A model generated the notes under the pieces. That model was not told where the DNA came from. It did not search any database and saw nothing but the letters and a program-made list of their open reading frames with translations. A stretch of DNA of 34,969 nucleotides from Candidatus Altiarchaeota archaeon (GTDB taxonomy: Archaea; Altiarchaeota; Altiarchaeia; IMC4; SCGC-AAA252-I15): the NCBI GenBank assembly GCA_043813075.1, contig JBDRLL010000008.1:1-34969 (forward strand), written 5' to 3'. Positions within the stretch are counted from its first letter, which is position 1, and each line of letters starts with the position of its first letter. The translations under genes and the position numbers were made by a program. Positions 25,612 to 34,169 of this stretch are shown here, in pieces.

Positions 25612-26040
25612 TTGAATATCGCAGTTGCAACGACAAAAGGAGGGCTAGATGATAGTGTGTCCCCCATCTTCGGTAGATGCATCAAGATAACGCTAGTAGA
25701 ATGCGAGGGTGGTGAGATATCAAATGTTGTGATAACCGATAATCCCGGTTTCATGGAGGCTGGTGGCGCAGGAATCAAGGCAGCGCAATATGTCTCTGGC
25801 TTGAATGCGGAAGCAGTAATCGCGGGTAATTTCGGGCCAAACGCATCAACCGTGCTTTCACAGTCCGGAGTCAATATGCTGCTGTCACAGGGTACAGTTA
25901 AAGACTCTGTTGAGAAATACATTAACGGCGAACTAACCAATGTATCAGGCCCCACGGTTGAAAGCCATCATGGTATGGGGGCGCGTGGGTTCGGAGGTCA
26001 TGGAAGACGCCATGGCAATACTAACATAAGAGGTGATTGA
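25612..26040 (+). CDS. NifB/NifX (FeMo-cofactor-binding fold) family protein
   Basis: IAVAT, SPIFGRC, GGAGIKAAQ and GNFGPNA motifs; Gly/His-rich tail. Confidence 0.9.
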   Translation: MNIAVATTKGGLDDSVSPIFGRCIKITLVECEGGEISNVVITDNPGFMEAGGAGIKAAQYVSGLNAEAVIAGNFGPNASTVLSQSGVNMLLSQGTVKDSVEKYINGELTNVSGPTVESHHGMGARGFGGHGRRHGNTNIRGD

Positions 26041-26440
26041 CTTGCTGATAGCATTTCCAACTGACGGCGACAAGGGATGGGACGAGGAATTAAGCCAGCA
26101 TTTTGGCCGTTCTACAAGGTACACGCTAGTTAATGATGAAGACGATTCCATAACAGTCATAGAGAATACGAGCCAACACATGGGTGGTATGGGAATGCCG
26201 CCTGAAATACTCTCAGAAGCGGGTGTTAATGTCATCATATGCCGTGGCCTTGGCCGCAGGGCCATAGAAATGTTCAGTGAGTTTAACATACAGGTATACT
26301 GTGACGCATCTGGTACTGTTGGGCAGGTATTCAAACAATGGAAGGCTGGAGGACTTTTGCCAGCATCTGAGGATAACTCATGCACTAGACACGATTTCCG
26401 GTCTGAACATCATGGTTCAGGTAATTGCGGAAGGCATTAG
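26033..26440 (+). CDS. NifB/NifX family protein with His/Cys tail
   Basis: SQHFGRS and ICRGLGRRA motifs; tail CTRHDFRSEHHGSGNCGRH. Start may be TTG 26042. Confidence 0.9.
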   Translation: MIDLLIAFPTDGDKGWDEELSQHFGRSTRYTLVNDEDDSITVIENTSQHMGGMGMPPEILSEAGVNVIICRGLGRRAIEMFSEFNIQVYCDASGTVGQVFKQWKAGGLLPASEDNSCTRHDFRSEHHGSGNCGRH

Positions 26441-26441
26441 C

Positions 26442-27275
26442 ATGATTATTTCTATTGCTAGCGGAAAGGGCGGCACAGGCAAGACGACCCTCGCTGTTAA
26501 TCTAGCGCTTTCCATGGGGGATGTGCATCTGGTTGACTGTGACGTTGAGGAGCCTAACTGTCACATATTCCTCAAGCCCGAGACATTCGAGGCAAGGGAT
26601 GTCTGCGTTAAAGTGCCTGACATAAACCATGACTTATGCGATTACTGCGGTAAATGCTCTGAATTCTGCCAGTATAATGCTCTCGCAGTGGCAAATAGGA
26701 CAATGCTTGAATTCCCAGAGCTATGCCATAGTTGCGGTGGATGCAGTATCGTATGCCCTAAAAACGCGATTAGTGAAAGGGAAATGCGGATAGGTGAAGT
26801 AAGGTCATGTAAAATAGGGGGATTAGACTTCTCGTATGGTATACTTGACATAGGTAAGGCCATGGCATCGCCAATAATACGTTCTCTAAAGTCGGCTATT
26901 GACCACAATAGGGACGTTATACTAGACTCACCGCCAGGTACTTCTTGCGCGGTCATAGAGTCTGTTAAGGGCAGTGACTACTGTGTGCTTGTCACCGAAT
27001 CCACACCATTCGGTCTTAATGACATGAAGCTTGCCATTGAGATGCTCGAAAGCATTGGTGTACCCTATGGCGTTGCAATAAATCGTTATGGTCTAGGGGA
27101 TTCAAGTGTCGATGATTACTGCAGTGAACGCGACATACCTGTGTTGGTTAGACTCCCTTATGACCGTAGGATAGCTGAATTGTATTCAAAAGGCGTGCCT
27201 TTTATAAGCGAATTATCAAAATATAGTGTCATATTTAACGGTATGATAGATTCCATTAGAGAGGTCGTTGGATGA
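26442..27275 (+). CDS. MinD/ParA-superfamily P-loop ATPase with inserted 2x[4Fe-4S] ferredoxin
   Basis: SGKGGTGKTT, DCDVEEPN, CDYCGKCSEFC, CHSCGGCSIVCP and DSPPGTSC; ATG 26442 follows the NifX stop. Confidence 0.92.
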   Translation: MIISIASGKGGTGKTTLAVNLALSMGDVHLVDCDVEEPNCHIFLKPETFEARDVCVKVPDINHDLCDYCGKCSEFCQYNALAVANRTMLEFPELCHSCGGCSIVCPKNAISEREMRIGEVRSCKIGGLDFSYGILDIGKAMASPIIRSLKSAIDHNRDVILDSPPGTSCAVIESVKGSDYCVLVTESTPFGLNDMKLAIEMLESIGVPYGVAINRYGLGDSSVDDYCSERDIPVLVRLPYDRRIAELYSKGVPFISELSKYSVIFNGMIDSIREVVG

Positions 27276-28564
27276 AGAATTCACTACTAATAAGCTTAAT
27301 AACCCTACTCGTCATTTTACCCTCCGTTAGTGGGCAGAATGACTCCAACACAACCCATGAGGTCACTGCCTACGTGTTCTGGGCTTACGGGTGCCCTCAT
27401 TGTGCCGCGGAGAAGCCTTTCATGGAGGCATTGGATAATGAGTATCCTTGGCTTACCGTGAAGTACTATGAGATATCCTCTGACTACAAGAACGCTGAGC
27501 TATACTCCAACATGGTGAAGGCGTGCGGCCAGAATCCTCTGGGCGTGCCTGCGACAGTCATCGATGACGAAGTCTTCTTCGGGTATGACGACAACATTCG
27601 CATGGGCGCGAGGATACATGACCGCCTACTCAAGTGCCATCAAGAGGGGTGTATTGACGCTATCCTCCTTGTTAACGGTTCCGACGCGTGTGTGGACGGC
27701 ACTCAGAACGACACTTCAGTTGACATACCCCTAATCGGGAAGGTGGACGCAACCCAGATGTCGCTGCCCCTATTCACTATAGTGATCGGCGGGCTGGACG
27801 GCTTCAACCCATGCGCGTTCTTCGTGCTATTCTTCCTCCTAAGCCTCCTAATCCACGCCAGATCCAGGATACGCATGTTCATGATCGGCGGCATATTCGT
27901 GTTCTTCTCAGGATTCATCTACTTCCTCTTCATGGCCGCCTGGCTGAACTTCTTCCTATTCATCGGCCAGATCAAGGCCATCACGCTAATAGCAGGTATT
28001 ATCGCCCTCATCGTCGCTTTGTTGAACATAAAAGACTTCTTCTGGTTCAAGAAGGGGGTCTCCCTGTCCATACCCGAGTCAGCTAAGCCAAAGCTTTTCA
28101 GTAGGATGAGGGACCTCGTTAAGGCAAGCGAGTTGCCATCAATGGTTTTGGGGACTGCCATACTGGCAATAGCCGCAAACACGTATGAGCTGTTGTGCAC
28201 TGCCGGCTTCCCAATGGTCTACACAAGGGTTCTGACCCTCAACAACCTTTCGACCACCGGATACTACACGTATCTCGCGCTATACAACATCGTCTACGTG
28301 ATGCCCCTTTTCACCATCGTGATGATGTTCACCATAACCCTCGGTTCAAGAAAGCTAAAGGAAGAGGAGGGCAGGATACTTAAGCTGCTGTCGGGCTTCA
28401 TGATGCTTAGCCTGGGTGTGATTCTCGTTGTTAAGCCAGGCCTGCTAAACAATGTTGTTGTTGCTGTTGGGGTGCTGGCTTTTTCAGTGTGTGCTACTGC
28501 AGTAGTTAAGTCTCTTATGCTATCCAGGGGAAAAGATGAAACAGCTGACGGTAATCAGTGGTAA
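27272..28564 (+). CDS. Exported thioredoxin domain fused to a CcdA/DsbD-like TM redox domain
   Basis: Signal peptide, GCPHC, GVPA cis-Pro loop; then about 7 TMs with the DGFNPCAF and ELLCTAG cysteine pair. Confidence 0.8.
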   Translation: MKNSLLISLITLLVILPSVSGQNDSNTTHEVTAYVFWAYGCPHCAAEKPFMEALDNEYPWLTVKYYEISSDYKNAELYSNMVKACGQNPLGVPATVIDDEVFFGYDDNIRMGARIHDRLLKCHQEGCIDAILLVNGSDACVDGTQNDTSVDIPLIGKVDATQMSLPLFTIVIGGLDGFNPCAFFVLFFLLSLLIHARSRIRMFMIGGIFVFFSGFIYFLFMAAWLNFFLFIGQIKAITLIAGIIALIVALLNIKDFFWFKKGVSLSIPESAKPKLFSRMRDLVKASELPSMVLGTAILAIAANTYELLCTAGFPMVYTRVLTLNNLSTTGYYTYLALYNIVYVMPLFTIVMMFTITLGSRKLKEEEGRILKLLSGFMMLSLGVILVVKPGLLNNVVVAVGVLAFSVCATAVVKSLMLSRGKDETADGNQW

Positions 28565-29390
28565 GGGCGGCACAGGCAAGACTAGTCTTGTTGCCGCTTT
28601 TGCCGGGTTGTCCGGGAACAAGGTTATCGCAGACTGTGATGTTGACGCAGCAGACCTTCATCTACTCCTAAATCCTACGGTGGTTGAAGAGCAGGATTTC
28701 ATGGCATTGAAGACTGCTGTGATAGATCAGTCAAAGTGCATTAAATGCGGGGAATGCATGGAAAAGTGCAGGTTCGATGCGATTGTAGACTACTCTGTGG
28801 ATGATGTGTCATGTGAGGGGTGTGGGGTATGCCGGCTTATATGCCCTCAGAATGCTGTTGAATTGGTGGACAAGGTGTCTGGAAAGGCTTTCATATCAAA
28901 AACCCGTCTAGGGCCTCTATGCCATGCAAGACTGTTCCCTGGAGAGGAGGCTTCAGGCAAGCTCGTAACCCATGTGAGGAATAATGCGAGAAAGGTTGCT
29001 GTGGAAAACAACATGGACTTGATTCTAATCGACGGTTCCCCTGGGACAGGCTGTCCAGTGATAGCATCCATTGGCGGTGTGGACATGGCCCTAATAGTGA
29101 CTGAGCCCACGCTCTCAGGATTGCACGACATGGAACGCATACTCGCCGTAGCCAGGCACTTCAACGTACGGCCTGCCGTCTGCGTGAACAAGTACGATTT
29201 GAACGAGGAGATTACAAATGATATCGAGGAATACTGTGGCGGTAAAAACATATCGTTCGTTGGTAAAATACCATACGATGATGCATTCACTGACGCAATG
29301 GTAGAATGCATGACGATCATAGAATACTCTGATAATGGTGTCGCAGATGATGTCAGGGGCATATGGAGTGAGGTCGAGAAAATATTGTGA
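28536..29390 (+). CDS. Second MinD/ParA-superfamily P-loop ATPase with inserted ferredoxin
   Basis: SGKGGTGKTS, DCDVDAADL, CIKCGECMEKC, CEGCGVCRLICP, SGKLV and DGSPGTGCPVIAS. Confidence 0.92.
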   Translation: MKQLTVISGKGGTGKTSLVAAFAGLSGNKVIADCDVDAADLHLLLNPTVVEEQDFMALKTAVIDQSKCIKCGECMEKCRFDAIVDYSVDDVSCEGCGVCRLICPQNAVELVDKVSGKAFISKTRLGPLCHARLFPGEEASGKLVTHVRNNARKVAVENNMDLILIDGSPGTGCPVIASIGGVDMALIVTEPTLSGLHDMERILAVARHFNVRPAVCVNKYDLNEEITNDIEEYCGGKNISFVGKIPYDDAFTDAMVECMTIIEYSDNGVADDVRGIWSEVEKIL

Positions 29391-29830
29391 CGAAAACCAG
29401 TTTCAATCATATAGGCGTCATACACACTCCATTCAAGACACTGGATGGAATACCGATACAGGCATCCAGGTCTGACGCATCAGGGGAGGTTGAAGTATTC
29501 CAGGAATACTCTGAGGGTTTATCAGACATAGAAGGATTCAGCCACATCATTCTCCTATACCACCTGCACAAGTCTGCAGAACGCCTGTTAAAAGTAAAGC
29601 CTTTCCTGGATGACGTCCAACGTGGGGTGTTCTCCACCAGGGCTCCATGGAGGCCAAACCCCATTGGCATATCCACTGTGGAGTTGCTTGGCAGGAAGGA
29701 TAATCTCCTGAAGGTTAATGGTGTTGACGTGTTGGATGGGACACCACTACTCGATATAAAGCCTTATGTCCCTGAATTCGACTGGCGTGAAAACATCAGG
29801 ATAGGATGGCTGGACGGGAAAACAGATTGA
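29387..29830 (+). CDS. tsaA: TrmO/TsaA-like SAM-binding protein (short form)
   Basis: IGVIHTPF, GFSH, GVFSTRAPWRPNPIG and DGTPLLDIKPY motifs. Confidence 0.9.
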   Translation: MTKTSFNHIGVIHTPFKTLDGIPIQASRSDASGEVEVFQEYSEGLSDIEGFSHIILLYHLHKSAERLLKVKPFLDDVQRGVFSTRAPWRPNPIGISTVELLGRKDNLLKVNGVDVLDGTPLLDIKPYVPEFDWRENIRIGWLDGKTD

Positions 29831-31264
29831 TTAATCTCTCCTAATCCACCGTAAATCCGGGTTTCTCGCGGCCTGCGTGTTGTCGAGTCTTTTGACTGGC
29901 GTCGTATGCGGTGCAGTGTTCACCGTCTCCGGGTTGTTCTTGCATTCCTCGCCTATATTCTCCATGACCGTGACGAACTCGTCCAAAGTGGCCTTGCTCT
30001 CCGTCTCCGTCGGCTCTATCATCATTGACTCTTCGACTATGAGCGGGAAGTAGATTGTGGGCGCGTGGACTCCATAGTCCAGCATGCGTTTCGCGATGTC
30101 CAGCGTATGCACCTTGTTTTCATATAGTTGTCTCCTGCCTGACAGCACGAATTCGTGCATGCACGTCCTGTCGAAAGGCAGGTCATACGTTCCCCTAAGC
30201 TTCTTCATAAGGTAATTAGCGTTCAATACCGCATCCTCAGACGACCTCCTTAAGCCGGCACCCCCCAAAGCCTTTATGTACGTGTAGGCCCTCACCAGCA
30301 CCCCGAAGTTGCCGTAGTAAGCCCTCACTCTCCCAATGCTCTTCGGGATGTCGTAGTTAAAGTAGTAGCCTTTCCTGTTCTTTTCCACAGTCGGCTTCGG
30401 CAGATAATCATTAAGCGCATTCTTCACGCCGACTGGCCCGCTTCCTGGGCCGCCGCCGCCGTGGGGTGTTGAGAAAGTCTTGTGCAGGTTCACGTGCACG
30501 ACATCGAAGTTCATGTCGCCTGGTCTCGCCTTCCCGAGTATGGCGTTAAGGTTCGCCCCGTCATAGTAAACCAGCCCCCCGTTCTCGTGCACTATCCTTG
30601 TTATCTCGCATATGTTCCTGTCAAACAATCCCAGCGTGTTGGGGTTGGTGAGCATTAGGCCTGCAGTATCATCGTCCATCAGCTCTTTCAGGGATTCCAC
30701 GTCCACCTCTCCTTCACTGTTGGAGGCGACTTGCACTATCGCATACCCGCACATGGCCGCACTCGCAGGGTTGGTGCCGTGGGCTGAGTCGGGGATGAGC
30801 ATCTTACCCCTTTCCTCTCCCTTATCCTTTAGGTATGCTTTGATGATCATTATGCCAGTCATCTCGCCGTGGGCTCCCGCAGCAGGCTGTAAAGTGAACC
30901 TGTCCATTCCCGTTATCTCGCAGAGGTCTTTCGACAGCTCGTACATGATTTGAAGCGCTCCCTGAGCATCCTCCACTCTTGTGTAAGGGTGTATTCCACT
31001 GAATCCCGGTAGGCTTGCCGTGAAATCATTTATCTTCGGGTTATACTTCATCGTGCAGGAGCCTAGCGGGTAGAATCCAGTGTCCACGCCGTAATTCCTC
31101 TTCGCGAGCGCGGTGTAGTGCCTCACCACGTCCGACTCCGATAGTTCAGGCAGACCAACCTTACCCCTCCTCATGGACTCAGGTATTACAACTGATTCCG
31201 ACACCTGTTCAGGTGGCATCCACCCCACCCTACCCTCCACGCTCTTCTCGAAAAGCAGCTTCAC
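29831..31264 (-). CDS. gcvPB: Glycine dehydrogenase (decarboxylating) subunit 2
   Basis: [46 protein letters not shown] (PLP Lys) and IEPTETE. Confidence 0.97.
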   Translation of the reverse strand: MKLLFEKSVEGRVGWMPPEQVSESVVIPESMRRGKVGLPELSESDVVRHYTALAKRNYGVDTGFYPLGSCTMKYNPKINDFTASLPGFSGIHPYTRVEDAQGALQIMYELSKDLCEITGMDRFTLQPAAGAHGEMTGIMIIKAYLKDKGEERGKMLIPDSAHGTNPASAAMCGYAIVQVASNSEGEVDVESLKELMDDDTAGLMLTNPNTLGLFDRNICEITRIVHENGGLVYYDGANLNAILGKARPGDMNFDVVHVNLHKTFSTPHGGGGPGSGPVGVKNALNDYLPKPTVEKNRKGYYFNYDIPKSIGRVRAYYGNFGVLVRAYTYIKALGGAGLRRSSEDAVLNANYLMKKLRGTYDLPFDRTCMHEFVLSGRRQLYENKVHTLDIAKRMLDYGVHAPTIYFPLIVEESMMIEPTETESKATLDEFVTVMENIGEECKNNPETVNTAPHTTPVKRLDNTQAARNPDLRWIRRD

Positions 31265-32544
31265 ACAGACACCTCCCCCACGAACGCGTCAATCTCCTCC
31301 CTAGAGTCCACTTCAGTGCAGCAGAACAGCCTGCAACCATCCAAGTCAGGATAGAACACGCTCACGTCAAAACCAGCTTCAACACTTTCCGGACACTTCA
31401 ATAGGAACTCATTGTAGAACGGCTGGTCGTACACCCTCTCGAATCCGTCCAACTCACACAGCTTCATGGAAAGGTATGATGCGTTCTTGTGCGAGTTCAA
31501 GGCCACGTGCCTGAAGCCTTCAGGACCAAGCAGGGCGAGATATGATGAAGCCGCTATGGCATTCAATGATTCTGAAGTGCAGATGTTTGATGTCGCCTTC
31601 TCCCGCCTGATGTGCTGTTCCCTAGCCTGCAGCGTCAGCACGAACCCCCGCTCGCCGTCTCGGTCTGTCGTTGCTCCCACAAGCCTGCCAGGCATCTTCC
31701 GGACATACTCCATCCTGGTTGCCATGAAACCGAAGTGCGGCCCACCGAACGACATTGGGTTGCCCAGGCATTGGCCTTCACCGACGACTATGTCTGATCT
31801 GGCTGGCGGCTTTACTATGCCCAGTGACGTGGCTTCTATGACGCATGATATTAGCAGTGATTTCTTGTCGTGTACTATGTCTGTGATGGCGTCAACATCC
31901 TCCAGGCATCCGAAGAAGTTCGGGTTCTGGATTATGACGCACGCGGTATCATCTGTGACATGCTCCTCCAGGTTATCCGCGACCACTCCTCCCTGAGTCT
32001 CGACGGTTTCCAGGCGGATGCCGGCCGTATTCAAGTATGTCTCAAGCACCTGCATGTATTCCGGATGGATGTTCTCAGGCGCTATGACAGTGTTCTTATT
32101 GTTTATCCTGTGTGCCATCAGGCAGGCTTCAGCCAGTGCGGTGGAGCCGTCGTACATGCTGGCGTTCGACACTTCCATGCCAGTGAGCTCGCACATCATC
32201 GTCTGGAACTCATAGAGTGCCTGCAGCACTCCCTGGCTTACCTCCGCCTGGTATGGAGTGTACGCCGTATATATCTCTGGGAGTCCTGTCACATGCCTCA
32301 CTGCTGAGGGCACGAAATGGTTGTATACCCCAGCGCCAGTGAACATGGATTGCGTATTGTTCTTAGAGGCGAGTTTCACAATCCTTTCATGGACTTCCAC
32401 CTCACTGTAACCTCCCTCAACATCAAGGTCCTTCTTCAGCAGGATCTTATCGTTTACATCAGCGTATAACTCGTCCATGCTATCCACCCCAATGTATTCC
32501 AGCATAGACTTGCGTTCGCTGGGGCTGCTTCCAGTGTAATCCAT
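31261..32544 (-). CDS. gcvPA: Glycine dehydrogenase (decarboxylating) subunit 1
   Basis: [27 protein letters not shown] and [19 protein letters not shown]; ATG 32544 preferred. Confidence 0.96.
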   Translation of the reverse strand: MDYTGSSPSERKSMLEYIGVDSMDELYADVNDKILLKKDLDVEGGYSEVEVHERIVKLASKNNTQSMFTGAGVYNHFVPSAVRHVTGLPEIYTAYTPYQAEVSQGVLQALYEFQTMMCELTGMEVSNASMYDGSTALAEACLMAHRINNKNTVIAPENIHPEYMQVLETYLNTAGIRLETVETQGGVVADNLEEHVTDDTACVIIQNPNFFGCLEDVDAITDIVHDKKSLLISCVIEATSLGIVKPPARSDIVVGEGQCLGNPMSFGGPHFGFMATRMEYVRKMPGRLVGATTDRDGERGFVLTLQAREQHIRREKATSNICTSESLNAIAASSYLALLGPEGFRHVALNSHKNASYLSMKLCELDGFERVYDQPFYNEFLLKCPESVEAGFDVSVFYPDLDGCRLFCCTEVDSREEIDAFVGEVSV

Positions 32545-32554
32545 GTTAGCGTCT

Positions 32555-32941
32555 CTACCTGCTTTCAGCAACGTGTTTAGAGTACCCTTCAGAGTCCATC
32601 AGGTCGTCGAGTTCTCCAGAATCCCTCATCCTTATCTTGAACATCCACCCTTCCTCGTAGGGTGACGAGGTTATGAGCTCAGGCTTGTCTTCAAGCTGGC
32701 TGTTGACTTCCACCACCTCGCCGCTTACCGGCGCATAGATGTCTGAAACGGATTTAACAGACTCTACGACCGCAACGCTCTTCGACTTCTCGACGTTATC
32801 CCCCTTGCCTGGGAGCTCAACGTAGACTATGTCTCCGAGCGCGTTCTGCGCGTAGTCTGTTATCCCAACAACGCACACGTCACCCTCCTTCTTAACCCAT
32901 TCATGCTCTTTAGTATACTTTAATCCTGTAGGCAGATTCAT
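32555..32941 (-). CDS. gcvH: Glycine cleavage system H protein
   Basis: YTKEHEW, GITDYAQ, LGDIVYVELP, VESVKSVSD (lipoyl Lys); GAGGTGA RBS. Confidence 0.97.
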   Translation of the reverse strand: MNLPTGLKYTKEHEWVKKEGDVCVVGITDYAQNALGDIVYVELPGKGDNVEKSKSVAVVESVKSVSDIYAPVSGEVVEVNSQLEDKPELITSSPYEEGWMFKIRMRDSGELDDLMDSEGYSKHVAESR

Positions 32942-32988
32942 CTCTTCACCTCACAAAATATTTGTAATAATCTCTAAAAAGCAGTGGT

Positions 32989-34098
32989 TTACTTCCTGTA
33001 GAACGGCAGTTCAACAACCCTTGCCTTATGGGCTTTATCCCTTATGATTACGTCGAATATGATGCCTAACCTACTGTACTCAGGCTTCACATAGCCCAGG
33101 CCTATGCCCTTGTCAAGCGTCGGGGAGTGGGTGCCTGAGGTCACGTATCCTATCCCCCGCCCATCGAACTCTATCTTGTACTTGCTCCTCGGTATCCCCT
33201 TCTCTATCATCTCGAAGCCAACCATCTTCCTCTTGACTCCCTGCTTCTTTTGCTTGGCCAGCGCCCTCCTGCCCACAAAATCCTTTTTATCAAGTTTCAC
33301 TGTCCACCCGATAGTCGCCTCGAGCGGCGTTGTGGTATCGTCTATGTCGTTGCCGTAGAGCATCAACCCGGCCTCCAGTCTTAGCGTGTCCCTCGCGCCA
33401 AGACCTGCAGGCTCCACGTCCACGTGCCCCGCCTCTATTATCCTATCCCAGACGTCTATGGCCTCGCTGGAGTTCACGTATATCTCAAAACCGTCCTCCC
33501 CAGTATATCCAGTACGGGATACTAAGGCCTTGATGTCGCCTATCATCACATCCTCATCGAAGCTGAATCTGCCAATCTTGCTTAAGTCGTATTCAGTCAC
33601 CCTCTGGAGTATCTCAACTGCCTTAGGGCCCTGTAGCGCTATCATTGCGGTGCTGTCGCTAACATCCCTCAATTCAACCCCCTTATCGTCGCCTTCGCCA
33701 GGGAACTCCGATATGGCTGACTTGATCCAATCATAATCCTTCTCTATGTTGGACGCGTTCACAACCAGCATGTAATGGTCCTTATTGTGCTTGTACACAA
33801 GTAGGTCATCGATTATCGTCCCGTTCTCACGGCACATGGGCGTGTACATGCACTTCCCGTCACCCAGCTTTGACACGTCGTTTGTCACCACATGGTTTAC
33901 CAGTCTCGCGGCTTTTTTCCCGAAGACTAGGAATTCACCCATATGTGATACGTCAAACAGCCCCGCATTCTTCCTGACGCTCTTATGCTCCTCCACCAGC
34001 CCATGGTATTGGACTGGCATCAGCCATCCGTGGAATTCTACCATCCGCGCGCCAATCTTCTCATGGACTTCGTATAAAGGAGTCTTTTTCCCAGGCAT
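32989..34098 (-). CDS. gcvT: Glycine cleavage system aminomethyltransferase T
   Basis: FDVSHMG, IIDD, VNASN, SRTGYTGEDGFE and GLGARDTLRLEAG motifs. Confidence 0.97.
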   Translation of the reverse strand: MPGKKTPLYEVHEKIGARMVEFHGWLMPVQYHGLVEEHKSVRKNAGLFDVSHMGEFLVFGKKAARLVNHVVTNDVSKLGDGKCMYTPMCRENGTIIDDLLVYKHNKDHYMLVVNASNIEKDYDWIKSAISEFPGEGDDKGVELRDVSDSTAMIALQGPKAVEILQRVTEYDLSKIGRFSFDEDVMIGDIKALVSRTGYTGEDGFEIYVNSSEAIDVWDRIIEAGHVDVEPAGLGARDTLRLEAGLMLYGNDIDDTTTPLEATIGWTVKLDKKDFVGRRALAKQKKQGVKRKMVGFEMIEKGIPRSKYKIEFDGRGIGYVTSGTHSPTLDKGIGLGYVKPEYSRLGIIFDVIIRDKAHKARVVELPFYRK

Positions 34099-34169
34099 GC
34101 CTCACCCCACCACTGTAATTATTGATTCCAACGCATTATAAATCCACGCATCTAAGTCATTACGACAAC

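Noticed and set aside
26277-26441. N-terminal extensions in the ORF track (also starts at 12559, 24489, 19000, 21614 and 32571)
   Set aside because: They overlap neighbouring genes or promoters; downstream starts match the family N-termini.
26466-28582. 20-bp identity AAGGGCGGCACAGGCAAGAC at 26466-26485 and 28563-28582
   Set aside because: Encodes the invariant Walker A (KGGTGKT) of paralogous ATPases; explained by protein constraint, not a mobile-element repeat.
25612-29390. Nitrogen fixation suggested by NifB/NifX domains and P-loop ATPases
   Set aside because: No nifH/D/K/E/N motifs; these families are common in non-diazotrophs.
34099-34169. Glycine riboswitch upstream of gcvT
   Set aside because: The spacer is only 71 bp and holds an RBS and an AT-rich TATA-like element for divergent genes; no aptamer is recognisable.
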